Assembly: GCA_965263195.1 (NCBI GenBank)
Contig: OZ253664.1
Span: 1,763,949-1,827,948, forward strand
Length of the DNA stretch: 64,000 bases
Direction of reading: 5' to 3'
Source of the DNA: Vicinamibacterales bacterium
Lineage (GTDB): Bacteria; Acidobacteriota; Vicinamibacteria; Vicinamibacterales; UBA8438
The notes beneath the pieces were generated by a model that was given only the letters and a program-made list of their open reading frames with translations, did no database searches and had not been told where the DNA came from. A program made the position numbers and the translations under genes. This document shows positions 8,717 through 19,893 of the stretch, one piece after another; positions within the stretch are counted from its first letter, which is position 1; every line of letters begins with the position of its first letter.

Positions 8717-9727
8717 TCACGCAGACTTGCGGGCCGGAACGCGCGTCTTCCGGTTCTGCCGCTTCGACTGCGGCTGTCGCTGTGGTGTGCGGGCGGTTGC
8801 CGGGGCCGGCGCGCCGCGGCTGGCGGCTCTTCCCTGCGTGATCAGGATGGCGATGGAGGCGGCGATGAAGATGGTCGAGTACGTGCCGCTGATGACCCCC
8901 ACGAGCATCGTGAACGCGAACCCCTTGAGCACTTCTCCGCCGAAGACGTACAGCGCGAGCACCGCGAAGCCGGTCGTGCCCGACGTGATCAGCGTACGTG
9001 CCAGCGTCTGGTTGATGCTGACGTTGACGAGCCGGTCGAACCGGTCGCGGCGCATCCGGCGCAGGTTCTCGCGCACCCGGTCGAAGACTACGATCGAGTC
9101 GTTCACCGAGTAGCCGGTTATCGTCAGCATCGCGGCGACGACGTTCAGCGACAGCTCGTAGCCGACGAACATCAACAGCGACACCGTGATCAGGATGTCG
9201 TGCGCCACGGCCACGATCGCGCCAACCCCGAAGCTGAAACGGAACCGCAAGCCGACGTATACGAGGATGCCGGCCATCGCGAACACGAACGCGTAGATGC
9301 CGCGCTCCCGCAGCTCCTGTCCAATGATGGGACCGACCAGTTCCTGCCCCACCACCTGGAAGTTGCCGACGCCGCTCGCCTGCAGCGCGGACCGCACCGC
9401 TTCGGCGCCGTCCTCCAGGCTTGTTCCCACCTCGGGCCCTGTCTGCGGCAGACGGACTATCACCTGGTTCGCGTCCGCGTCGCCGTACTGCTGGACGACC
9501 TTTTCGCCCTCGACGGACGCGAGGGCATCGCGCACGCGATCCTCTGTCACCGACTCGTCGAACTCGATGATGATCAAGGTCCCGCCGGAGAAATCAATGC
9601 CCAGCGGCAACCCGCCGCGCGCGAGCAGCACCACCGCGCCGGCGGCGATAATCAGCAGCGAGACCGCCAGGGACTGCCAGCGCCAGGCGATGAAATCGAA
9701 ATCCGGTTGACTCTGGAAAAGCTGCAC
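8717..9727 (-). CDS. secF: protein translocase subunit SecF
   Basis: 336 aa with the SecF topology and motifs (IDFSGGT, LSLNVVAAMLTITGYSVNDSIVVFDRVREN). Immediately downstream of secD. Confidence 0.93.
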   Translation of the reverse strand: MQLFQSQPDFDFIAWRWQSLAVSLLIIAAGAVVLLARGGLPLGIDFSGGTLIIIEFDESVTEDRVRDALASVEGEKVVQQYGDADANQVIVRLPQTGPEVGTSLEDGAEAVRSALQASGVGNFQVVGQELVGPIIGQELRERGIYAFVFAMAGILVYVGLRFRFSFGVGAIVAVAHDILITVSLLMFVGYELSLNVVAAMLTITGYSVNDSIVVFDRVRENLRRMRRDRFDRLVNVSINQTLARTLITSGTTGFAVLALYVFGGEVLKGFAFTMLVGVISGTYSTIFIAASIAILITQGRAASRGAPAPATARTPQRQPQSKRQNRKTRVPARKSA

Positions 9728-9760
9728 CCGCGCTAGCTCCTCATCCTTTTGCGTGGCGAA

Positions 9761-11329
9761 TCAGATGCTGAGCGTCGCCGCCCGGCGGCGGGCCAGCACC
9801 GTTTCGAAGATGGTGCGCGATACGAACATCGCTGTGAAGACATTGGACACGAGACCGATGGCCAGCGTCGTCGCGAATCCGCGGATCGGGCCCGAGCCGA
9901 ACTGGAACAGGAAGGCCGCCGCGATGAGCGAGGCAACGTGTGTGTCGAGAATCGTCAGCAGCACGCGGTCGAAGCCGGCCCCCACCGCGGCCCGTACACT
10001 CTTCTCCGCGCGCAGCTCTTCCTTGATCCGTTCGAAGATCAGGACGTTGGAATCGACGCCGATGCCGATCGTCAGGATGAGCCCGGCGATGCCCGGCAGC
10101 GTCAACACCGCCCCGACGTACGCCATGAATCCCATCAGCATCAACAGGTTCATCGCGACGGCGACGATGGCGTTGATGCCGGCCAGCCGGTAATAGGCCA
10201 GCATGAACAGCGCCACGGCAATCAACCCGGCGAGGGAGGCGGCAACGCCCGCGCGGATGGAGTCGGCCCCGAGCGTGGGCCCGACTGTCCGCTCTTCCAG
10301 ATAGGTGAGCGACGCGGGCAGCGCGCCCGACCGCAGCACCAGCGACAGGTCCGCCGCCTCCTGCTGGCTGAAGCTGCCCGTGATCCGTCCTTCGTCGCTG
10401 ATGCGGCTCTGGATCTGCGGCGCGGTCTGCACGCGCCCGTCGAGGATTACTGCAAGGTTGCGGCCGATGTTCTGCCCGGTGACGTCGCCGAACTTGCGGG
10501 CGCCATCACGGTTGAACGAGAAGCTGACGGCCGGCTGGTTGAACTCGTCGAGCGACGGGCGCGCGTTGCGCAGGTCGCGGCCGGTGACGGCGGCCACGCG
10601 CCGGACCAGGTAGTAGACGGTGCCGCCCGGACCACCGGAGTCGAGCACGTCCGATACGCCGGACACCACCTCCATGTCCGGCGGTATGACGCCGTTGCGC
10701 GCCGCCAGCAAATCCTCCTGGCTGAACGCCGGCCCTTCCTCGACGATCTTCAACTCGAGCAGGGCGGTGTTGCGGATGATTTCCTTGGCGCGCGCCACGT
10801 CGGATACGCCTGGCAGCTGGACGAGGATCTGATGGCCGCCAACGCTGTACGGGGCAACGATCGGCTCGGCCACGCCCAGCTCGTTGACGCGCCGCTCGAT
10901 GGTCTGCAGCGCCTGGCGCACCGATTCGTCGCGCAGGGTCGTCTCGACCGGGCCGCGCATGCGAAACGTGTACATCCCGCCCGCGCCCAATTCGCGGTCG
11001 TATGAGGCCGCGAGCTGGTCATCGGCGATCTGCCGGAACTCGGCGTCGCGGTCCTGCGGCACGCCCTCGACCCGAATCGTGGTCGGGTCCGTAGCGGCAA
11101 CCGAGGTACCCATGATGCCCTGCAGCTCGAGTTGCTCGCCGAGCTGCTCGCCCGCCGTCTCGGTTTCCACCTGGAGCGCGTCGTCCGTCTGGACGCGCAG
11201 CACCATGTGCACGCCGCCTTCCAGGTCGAGCCCCAGCCGGATCCGCTCATCCGGCGGGTAGAGGGCCGCGGCCGACAGTACCGTGACGGCAATGACGGTG
11301 ACCAGCTTCCACTGCGCGTTCCTGTTCAT
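9761..11329 (-). CDS. secD: protein translocase subunit SecD
   Basis: 522 aa with SecD motifs (LGLDLEGGVHMVL, TLPGIAGLILTIGIGVDSNVLIFERIKEE). Confidence 0.93.
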   Translation of the reverse strand: MNRNAQWKLVTVIAVTVLSAAALYPPDERIRLGLDLEGGVHMVLRVQTDDALQVETETAGEQLGEQLELQGIMGTSVAATDPTTIRVEGVPQDRDAEFRQIADDQLAASYDRELGAGGMYTFRMRGPVETTLRDESVRQALQTIERRVNELGVAEPIVAPYSVGGHQILVQLPGVSDVARAKEIIRNTALLELKIVEEGPAFSQEDLLAARNGVIPPDMEVVSGVSDVLDSGGPGGTVYYLVRRVAAVTGRDLRNARPSLDEFNQPAVSFSFNRDGARKFGDVTGQNIGRNLAVILDGRVQTAPQIQSRISDEGRITGSFSQQEAADLSLVLRSGALPASLTYLEERTVGPTLGADSIRAGVAASLAGLIAVALFMLAYYRLAGINAIVAVAMNLLMLMGFMAYVGAVLTLPGIAGLILTIGIGVDSNVLIFERIKEELRAEKSVRAAVGAGFDRVLLTILDTHVASLIAAAFLFQFGSGPIRGFATTLAIGLVSNVFTAMFVSRTIFETVLARRRAATLSI

Positions 11330-11338
11330 GGGCGATAC

Positions 11339-13125
<1,787 letters not shown>

Positions 13126-13176
13126 TACTACCGCCATTTCCCGGCCTACCCTTCCTCATCCACCGAGGGCCATCCA

Positions 13177-14337
13177 GTGAAACGCGTGCGGGTCGGGATT
13201 GTATATGGCGGCCGATCGAGCGAGCACGAAGTGTCGCTGGCATCCGCCGCCGCCGTGATCGCGCACCTGGATCCCGAACGCTACGAACGGATCCCGATTC
13301 ATATCGGCAGGGACGGCCGCTGGTCGCTGGCCGGCGAGCCACGCGGGTCGCTGACGGCGGCCGAGGCGATCGCGAGCGCGCGTTCGTCGCGCGGGGCTGG
13401 CGGCGACGCGCCGTCCGCGCAGGAGGTGCATTTTCTCCCGCGCCCGGCCGCGGCGCAGCTGCTCACGGTGCGGCCCGTTACCGGAGTCGCCGGCGATCGG
13501 GCGGACTTCGGGATGCTGGCGCTGGACGTGGTCTTTCCGCTCGTGCATGGCCCGTACGGCGAGGACGGCACGCTGCAGGGCCTGCTGGAGCTCGCCGGCG
13601 TGCCGTACGTGGGGGCGGGCGTGCTCGGCTCGGCCGCCGGCATGGACAAGGCGGTGGCAAAGACGCTGTTCGCCGCGCGCGGCCTGCCGATCACCCGTTA
13701 TGCGGTGGTGCGGGCGGCGCAGTGGGACGCGGGGGAAACCGCCGTGCTCGACGACCTGGAGCGCCGCCTCAACGGCCCGCTCTTCGTCAAGCCGGCCAAC
13801 CTCGGTTCGAGCATCGGCGTCTCGCAGGCGGCGAACCGCGCGGCGCTGGCGCGGGCAATCCGCCATGCCCGGCGGTTCGACCGGAAGATCCTCGTGGAGG
13901 AGGCGGTGCCGGATCCGCGGGAGCTGGAATGCGGCGTCATCGGCAACGACGCGCCGGAGGCTTCGCTGCCCGGCGAGATCGTGCCGGCCGGCGACTTCTA
14001 CGACTACGAATCCAAATACGTCGACGCGCGGTCCACGAGCGTCGTGCCGGCGGTGCTCGCGCAGGCGCGGGCGTCTGAAATACGGAAGCTGGCCATCGAG
14101 GCGTATCGCGCCATCGAAGCGGCCGGCATGGCGCGCGTCGATTTCCTGCTGTCCCGCTCTACCGGCCGTCTCTACGTGAGCGAGGTCAATACGATTCCGG
14201 GTTTCACGACGATCAGCATGTTCGCCAAGCTGTGGGAGGCAACGGGTTTGGACTACCCGCGGCTGCTCGATCGCCTGATCGAGCTGGCGTTCGAACGCCA
14301 CCGGGAACGCAGGGACCTGCGCACCAGCCTCAACTGA
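13177..14337 (+). CDS. ddl: D-alanine--D-alanine ligase
   Basis: Ddl motifs are present (VGIVYGGRSSEHEVSL, FPLVHGPYGEDGTLQGLLE, VKPANLGSSIGVS, EVNTIPGFT). The GTG at 13177 is preceded by GAGGG with a 7-nt spacer. The ORF-track start at 13102 lies inside the repeat. Confidence 0.92.
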   Translation: MKRVRVGIVYGGRSSEHEVSLASAAAVIAHLDPERYERIPIHIGRDGRWSLAGEPRGSLTAAEAIASARSSRGAGGDAPSAQEVHFLPRPAAAQLLTVRPVTGVAGDRADFGMLALDVVFPLVHGPYGEDGTLQGLLELAGVPYVGAGVLGSAAGMDKAVAKTLFAARGLPITRYAVVRAAQWDAGETAVLDDLERRLNGPLFVKPANLGSSIGVSQAANRAALARAIRHARRFDRKILVEEAVPDPRELECGVIGNDAPEASLPGEIVPAGDFYDYESKYVDARSTSVVPAVLAQARASEIRKLAIEAYRAIEAAGMARVDFLLSRSTGRLYVSEVNTIPGFTTISMFAKLWEATGLDYPRLLDRLIELAFERHRERRDLRTSLN

Positions 14338-14355
14338 ACATCCGTTCCGGGACGC

Positions 14356-14649
14356 CTAGCAGTCTGTGGTGAAACCCCGCGTCGCACAAAGAACGGCGAG
14401 GCGCTCGTCCGACAAGGCGCGAGGAGGGAGCATATTCGAAGACATGTGACTTAGGAACAACGCAGTCAGGAAGGGGGACGACGAGCACTCAAGCAGTCGT
14501 CCCCCAAGCCGCACACAGTGCGCCTCGGCGGACACGGCGCGGGGCGAAGGGGTCCCCGCTAGCGGCCGCCGGGGGTTTAGGGCGCAGCCCCAAGTGGTAA
14601 TGCCGCAGCGCCGGTCGAATGCAGCGGGGCTTTTGCCACAGGCTGCTAG
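14356..14649. repeat. MITE/REP-like element, longest form (294 bp)
   Basis: Bounded by CTAGCAGTCTGTGGTGAAACCCCGCGTCGCAC and CCGGTCGAATGCAGCGGGGCTTTTGCCACAGGCTGCTAG. It contains the core, an extra perfect 10-bp hairpin (GGGGGACGAC..GTCGTCCCCC) and the GC module. It has the same orientation as the copy at 12870. Confidence 0.88.
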
Positions 14650-16859
14650 GGGTCGAACGGCTGCACGCCGTCCCAGACGCGGACGCGCAGCATCGCGTCG
14701 CCCGGTTGGATCTGATCCACGACCTCCATGCCGTCGACCACCCGGCCGAATACGGTGTACCGGCCGTCGAGCCGGGGTTGCGGCAACCGCGTGATGAAGA
14801 ACTGGCTGCCCCCGGTGTCCTGCCAGTCGAGCGCCATGCCGACCGTGCCGCGGAGAAACGGCAGCTGGTTTATTTCGTCCCGGATCGTGTAGCCGGGACC
14901 GCCCTCGCTGTCGCTGCGCGGATCTCCGCCCTGCACCACATAGTTACTCACGGCGCGATGGAACGTCAGGCCGTCGTAGTAGCCGCGACGCGCCAGCCGC
15001 ATGAAGTTGGCGGCAGTGAGCGGCGCTTCGAGCACGGCCAGCTCGATCTGAATCGTGCCCCGGGCAGTATCTATGTACACGTGCGGCGATACGCTCGGAA
15101 CAACGAGGTCGCGCGCACCGTAGTCCGTACCGCCGGTCGGCGCAGGTCTGATCCGGGCGCCGTGATCCATGCCGGGCACGAGGTCCTCCAGGCGTTGGAC
15201 AGCGCGGATCCGCACCGCCCAGTCGCGATCAGCGAGCGCAGTCGTCAGGATGTCGCGACCGCCTGCGCCGCCGATGGCGCCTGCGGCGTCGATGATTGCC
15301 GCACGCGCCAGGTACTCCGGATCTTCGGCGGCGGCGGCGTAAGCCTTGGCGAGCGCCTCGATCGCGTCCGGCGGCTGCACCACGCCGAGCAACGTGGCCG
15401 CGGTCTTCTTCACGACGACGTCGTCGTCCTCGAGGTGCTCGATCAGTACCGCCCCGGCTTCCGGCACCCCGAGACCGACCAGCGCCGAGAGGACCGCCGG
15501 CACAACCCTACGATCGGCGTCGTCCAGCATCCCGATCAGATACGGCCCCGCCACCTCCGGCCCCGCGTACACCAGTCCGTCGGCCAGCGCGACGCGCACG
15601 CGCCAGTCCGAATCCGGTTCGATTCCCGACAACACCAGCAGGAACATTTCCGCGTCCGCCTCAGCGAGTCCGCGCAGAGCGGCGGCGCGCATCAGCGGCC
15701 ACGGGTCCGACAGCAGCTCGACGAACACTTGTACGACGACCGGATCGGCGCGGCCAGCCAACGCCACGACCGTCTCGTAGCGCAGCATCGGATCGATGTC
15801 CCGCCGCACGACGAACTGCCGCAGCGTCTCGGTCGCCGCCGGCTCCCGGAATTGCGCCAGCGCCCGCAGCGCCGCCAGCAGGACGCGCCGGTCACGCCGC
15901 TCCGGATCCAGCAGCTCGATCAGCGGCGCGACGGCGGCCGGATCGCCCAGCGCGCCCAGTCCCCGCGCCGCCAGCGACACACCCACGCTGCCCTGCACAC
16001 CGACGAGCGTGCTGAGGGCCGGGAATGCCCGCGCGTCGTCAATCCGCGAGAGGACGTCGGCGACCGGCCACCACCAGATCACCGGCTGGCCGTTCGGCTG
16101 CAGCAGCGCGGCCGCCAGCGGCTCGAACGCGCGGAGCTCAGCCAGGGCATACAGTCCGAGCCGGAACGCCTCCACTTCCGGTGTCTGGGGATAGGAGAGA
16201 TCTTCCGGGTCAATCCCGTACGTCTCGATGATGTAGCGGCTTACCAGCTCGCGAATTGCATCCCGGGCGCCGTCCACGCCGAGCCGGCCCAGCGCCTCCG
16301 CCGCCCGCCCCTGCACGAGCGGCGAGGAATCCCGCAGCGCGAGCAGCAGCGGCTCGGCCGCCGCTTCGTCGCCGATCAGGCCGAGGGCGAACGCCGCCAT
16401 TTGGCGCACCTCCGGCTCCGGATCGTGCAGGGCCACCGCCAGCGGCGTGATCCCCTCGGAACGTCCAACCCGGCCGACCGCCAGCGCAGCGCGGCGGCGC
16501 ACGCGCGGCGCGTCATCGGCCAGCAGGTCGACGAGATCAGGTACCGGGCGCAGCGCGGCCGGCGGCGTCGCCGCGGGAGGCTCCGCGGCAGAGGATGTCT
16601 CGGCCGCCGCGGGGATCTCCTCGCGCGGCGGCGCGTCCGGATCGCGGAGCACACGCTGGTCTTCCAGGCGCAGGATCCAGCCCAGCTTCTCCTGGAGGGG
16701 GGGCGGGCCGACAGGAACCGCCGGGGGGGCCGCGCCGGCGCAGCCCGCGACTGCGGCAAGCAGGCCTACCCGGACCGCAAGCGACGTCGGTCGGAGCCGT
16801 GTCTGCGTCACGTCAAGCGGAGGATGGACGGCGGCAACCACCCGCCGTCGGCGCGCCAT
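14646..16859 (-). CDS. HEAT-repeat protein fused to a C-terminal cyclophilin-type peptidyl-prolyl isomerase; probable lipoprotein
   Basis: The C-terminus is cyclophilin-like (YYDGLTFHRAVSNYVVQGGDP..GTVGMALDWQDTGGSQFFIT..LDGRYTVFGRVVDGMEVVD). The preceding ~500 aa are HEAT/PBS-lyase-like repeats (repeated ..VR..AA.ALG..GD..A...L...L.D). The N-terminus reads LAVRVGLLAAVAGC, with lipobox VAGC. The start is uncertain: ATG 16859, GTG 16811 or the ORF-track 16889. The stop lies within the CTAG end of the repeat. Confidence 0.8.
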   Translation of the reverse strand: MARRRRVVAAVHPPLDVTQTRLRPTSLAVRVGLLAAVAGCAGAAPPAVPVGPPPLQEKLGWILRLEDQRVLRDPDAPPREEIPAAAETSSAAEPPAATPPAALRPVPDLVDLLADDAPRVRRRAALAVGRVGRSEGITPLAVALHDPEPEVRQMAAFALGLIGDEAAAEPLLLALRDSSPLVQGRAAEALGRLGVDGARDAIRELVSRYIIETYGIDPEDLSYPQTPEVEAFRLGLYALAELRAFEPLAAALLQPNGQPVIWWWPVADVLSRIDDARAFPALSTLVGVQGSVGVSLAARGLGALGDPAAVAPLIELLDPERRDRRVLLAALRALAQFREPAATETLRQFVVRRDIDPMLRYETVVALAGRADPVVVQVFVELLSDPWPLMRAAALRGLAEADAEMFLLVLSGIEPDSDWRVRVALADGLVYAGPEVAGPYLIGMLDDADRRVVPAVLSALVGLGVPEAGAVLIEHLEDDDVVVKKTAATLLGVVQPPDAIEALAKAYAAAAEDPEYLARAAIIDAAGAIGGAGGRDILTTALADRDWAVRIRAVQRLEDLVPGMDHGARIRPAPTGGTDYGARDLVVPSVSPHVYIDTARGTIQIELAVLEAPLTAANFMRLARRGYYDGLTFHRAVSNYVVQGGDPRSDSEGGPGYTIRDEINQLPFLRGTVGMALDWQDTGGSQFFITRLPQPRLDGRYTVFGRVVDGMEVVDQIQPGDAMLRVRVWDGVQPFDP

Positions 16860-16882
16860 GATAGCATGCGGGCCGCCGGTCC

Positions 16883-17605
16883 GTGGCACACGCCGGGCCG
16901 GCCGCTCTGCGGCTCGGGCCTGCCCCGCAGACTGCTATACTGCGAGGCACCTTGGACTTTCAGTATCTTGCCATCGAAGGTCCGATTGGCGCCGGCAAGA
17001 CAACCCTCGCCCGACATCTCGCACTCAGGCTCGACGCGACGACGGTCCTCGACCAGACCGACAATCCATTCGTCGCCGACCTGTACGCCGGCCGCCCCGG
17101 CGCGGCGTTCCAGGCGCAGCTGTTCTCACTGCTCGCGCGCCACCGCCAGCAGTCGATGCTGCGGCAGACGGATCTGTTCAATCAACTGGTCATTGCCGAC
17201 TACCTCTTCGACAAGGACAAGATCTACGCCTACCTCAATCTGGACGACAACGAGCTGTTCATCTACCAGCGGCTCTATGACCTGCTCGTACCGGAGCTCG
17301 TCACCCCGGACCTCGTCGTCTACCTCCAGGCGCCATCCGACCTCGTACGCCAGCGCGTGCGCCAGCGGCTGCAGCACGATTCGGACGCCGCTCCACTACC
17401 GGACGACACGTACCTCGGCGAGTTGAACGAGGCGTACAACCACTTCTTCTTCCACTACAACGCGACGCCCTTGCTGGTGGTCGAAACCTCGGAGTTCACC
17501 CTCGACTGGGACGCAGCCGCCCTGGACGATCTGATTCGGCAGCTACGCGATATGGGCCGCGGAACGCGCTATTACGTGCCGCGCACCGGGCCCAACCCGT
17601 CTTGA
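16883..17605 (+). CDS. deoxynucleoside kinase family protein
   Basis: P-loop YLAIEGPIGAGKTTLA and a dNK-like body (DYLFDKD..FIYQRLY..PDLVVYLQAP). The start is uncertain: the ORF track uses a GTG at 16883, and an in-frame TTG at 16952 sits just before the conserved N-terminus. Confidence 0.75.
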   Translation: MAHAGPAALRLGPAPQTAILRGTLDFQYLAIEGPIGAGKTTLARHLALRLDATTVLDQTDNPFVADLYAGRPGAAFQAQLFSLLARHRQQSMLRQTDLFNQLVIADYLFDKDKIYAYLNLDDNELFIYQRLYDLLVPELVTPDLVVYLQAPSDLVRQRVRQRLQHDSDAAPLPDDTYLGELNEAYNHFFFHYNATPLLVVETSEFTLDWDAAALDDLIRQLRDMGRGTRYYVPRTGPNPS

Positions 17606-17638
17606 CCCACCTTCGCCGGACAACCTAAGCTCGGTTTA

Positions 17639-18532
<894 letters not shown>

Positions 18533-18535
<3 letters not shown>

Positions 18536-18585
18536 TCCGAGGAGCCCGTGGCGAGACCCCGCGCGGCACCGCGACCCCACCGTCC
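18533..18585. repeat. probable solo arm of the MITE/REP-like family
   Basis: TTAGTCCGAGGAGCCCGTGGCGAGACCCCGCGCGGCACCGCGACC aligns by eye to the left arm CTAGCAG..CGTGGTGAAACCCCGCGTCGCACCGAGACC. It starts at the accD TAG stop and fills the accD-folC spacer. Confidence 0.35.
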
Positions 18586-19887
18586 ATGAGCGCCACACGG
18601 GAATCCCTCGACTTCCTGTTCGATCTGGAACGATTCGGCGTCAAGCTTGGACTCGATAACATCCGCCTGCTCCGCGATGCGCTGGGACAGCCGGACCGAT
18701 CCTTAAAGTCGATCATCGTGGCCGGCACGAACGGCAAGGGCTCGGTTGCGGCAATGGTCGATACCGCCCTGCGCGCGGCCGGCTACGGGACGGGCCGTTT
18801 CTGCTCTCCGCACCTCTTGGCGCTGGAGGAGCGGTTCACCGTCGGCGGGCGGCCGGTCACCCGGGAGACGCTGGCGACGGAAGCCGAGCGCCTGCGGATG
18901 ACGATCACCCGGTTGTTGGAGGACGGCCGCCTGACGGCCCCGCCCACGTTCTTCGAAACCACCACCGCCATCGCCCTGTCGCTGTTCGCCCGCGCGGGCG
19001 TCGATGCGGCGGTGCTGGAGGTCGGCATGGGCGGACGCTTCGACGCCACCAACGTGGTCCAGCCGGTTGCGGTGGCGATTCCGTCGATTGACCTCGACCA
19101 CCAGCAGTACCTCGGCACGACGTTGGCCGAGATTGCCTATGAGAAGGCGGGCGTGATCAAGCCGGGCGCGGTAGTGGTCACTGGCGAGTCGAAACCGCCG
19201 GCCCTCGACGTGCTGCGGCGCGCCTGCCGCGAGCGCGGCTGCCGCCTGATCGAGGCGCCGCAAGACGTCGAGGTCCGCACCGCCCTGCGCGGCGGATGGA
19301 CGGAGCTGACGATGACCACGCCCAGGCGGCGCTACGGACCGCTCCGCCTGGGTCTGCGCGGCCGGCACCAGGTGGGCAACGCAGCAGTGGCGGTGCGCCT
19401 GCTGGAGGCGCTCGGTGAGCGCGGGCTGCCGGTCCCTCCGGAAGCCATCCTCGAGGGGCTTGCCGGCGTCCGCGTGGCCGGTCGCCTGGATGTGGCGACT
19501 GTCGACGCACGCCGGTCGATCGTCCTGGATACGGCCCACAACGTGGCCGCGGCCGCAGCGTTCGCCGGGTACGTAAAGGAGGTGTGGCCGGCCGGCCTGC
19601 CGCTCGTGTTCGCGGCGCTGCGCGACAAGGATGTCGGGGGCATGCTGCGCGCGCTGGGATCGGCGGCCACCGCCCTCGTCTGCCCCCCGCTGGCCAGCCC
19701 GCGCGCGCTGCCGCCCGCCGCAGTGCTCGCGGAGATCCGGGCCGTGCGGCCGGACCTTACGGCGGTCGCGGCGCCGTCGCCCGCCGCGGCGCTCGAAGCC
19801 GCCTGGCGCCTGGGCGATGTCATAGGAGCAGCTGGCTCCACGTATCTGGTCGGCGAGATCATGGCCAACCTGGCGCTGCCGGCGTAG
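18586..19887 (+). CDS. folC: bifunctional folylpolyglutamate synthase/dihydrofolate synthase
   Basis: Mur-ligase-type P-loop (VAGTNGKGS) and the FolC body. accD-folC synteny is conserved in many bacteria. Confidence 0.9.
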   Translation: MSATRESLDFLFDLERFGVKLGLDNIRLLRDALGQPDRSLKSIIVAGTNGKGSVAAMVDTALRAAGYGTGRFCSPHLLALEERFTVGGRPVTRETLATEAERLRMTITRLLEDGRLTAPPTFFETTTAIALSLFARAGVDAAVLEVGMGGRFDATNVVQPVAVAIPSIDLDHQQYLGTTLAEIAYEKAGVIKPGAVVVTGESKPPALDVLRRACRERGCRLIEAPQDVEVRTALRGGWTELTMTTPRRRYGPLRLGLRGRHQVGNAAVAVRLLEALGERGLPVPPEAILEGLAGVRVAGRLDVATVDARRSIVLDTAHNVAAAAAFAGYVKEVWPAGLPLVFAALRDKDVGGMLRALGSAATALVCPPLASPRALPPAAVLAEIRAVRPDLTAVAAPSPAAALEAAWRLGDVIGAAGSTYLVGEIMANLALPA

Positions 19888-19893
19888 GAGCTG

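Noticed and set aside
16934-16941. Extended -10 motif (TGcTATACT) as the dNK promoter.
   Set aside because: It would leave only about 4 nt of leader before a TTG codon, and the alternative GTG start at 16883 lies upstream of it. The evidence is too ambiguous to list it as a feature.
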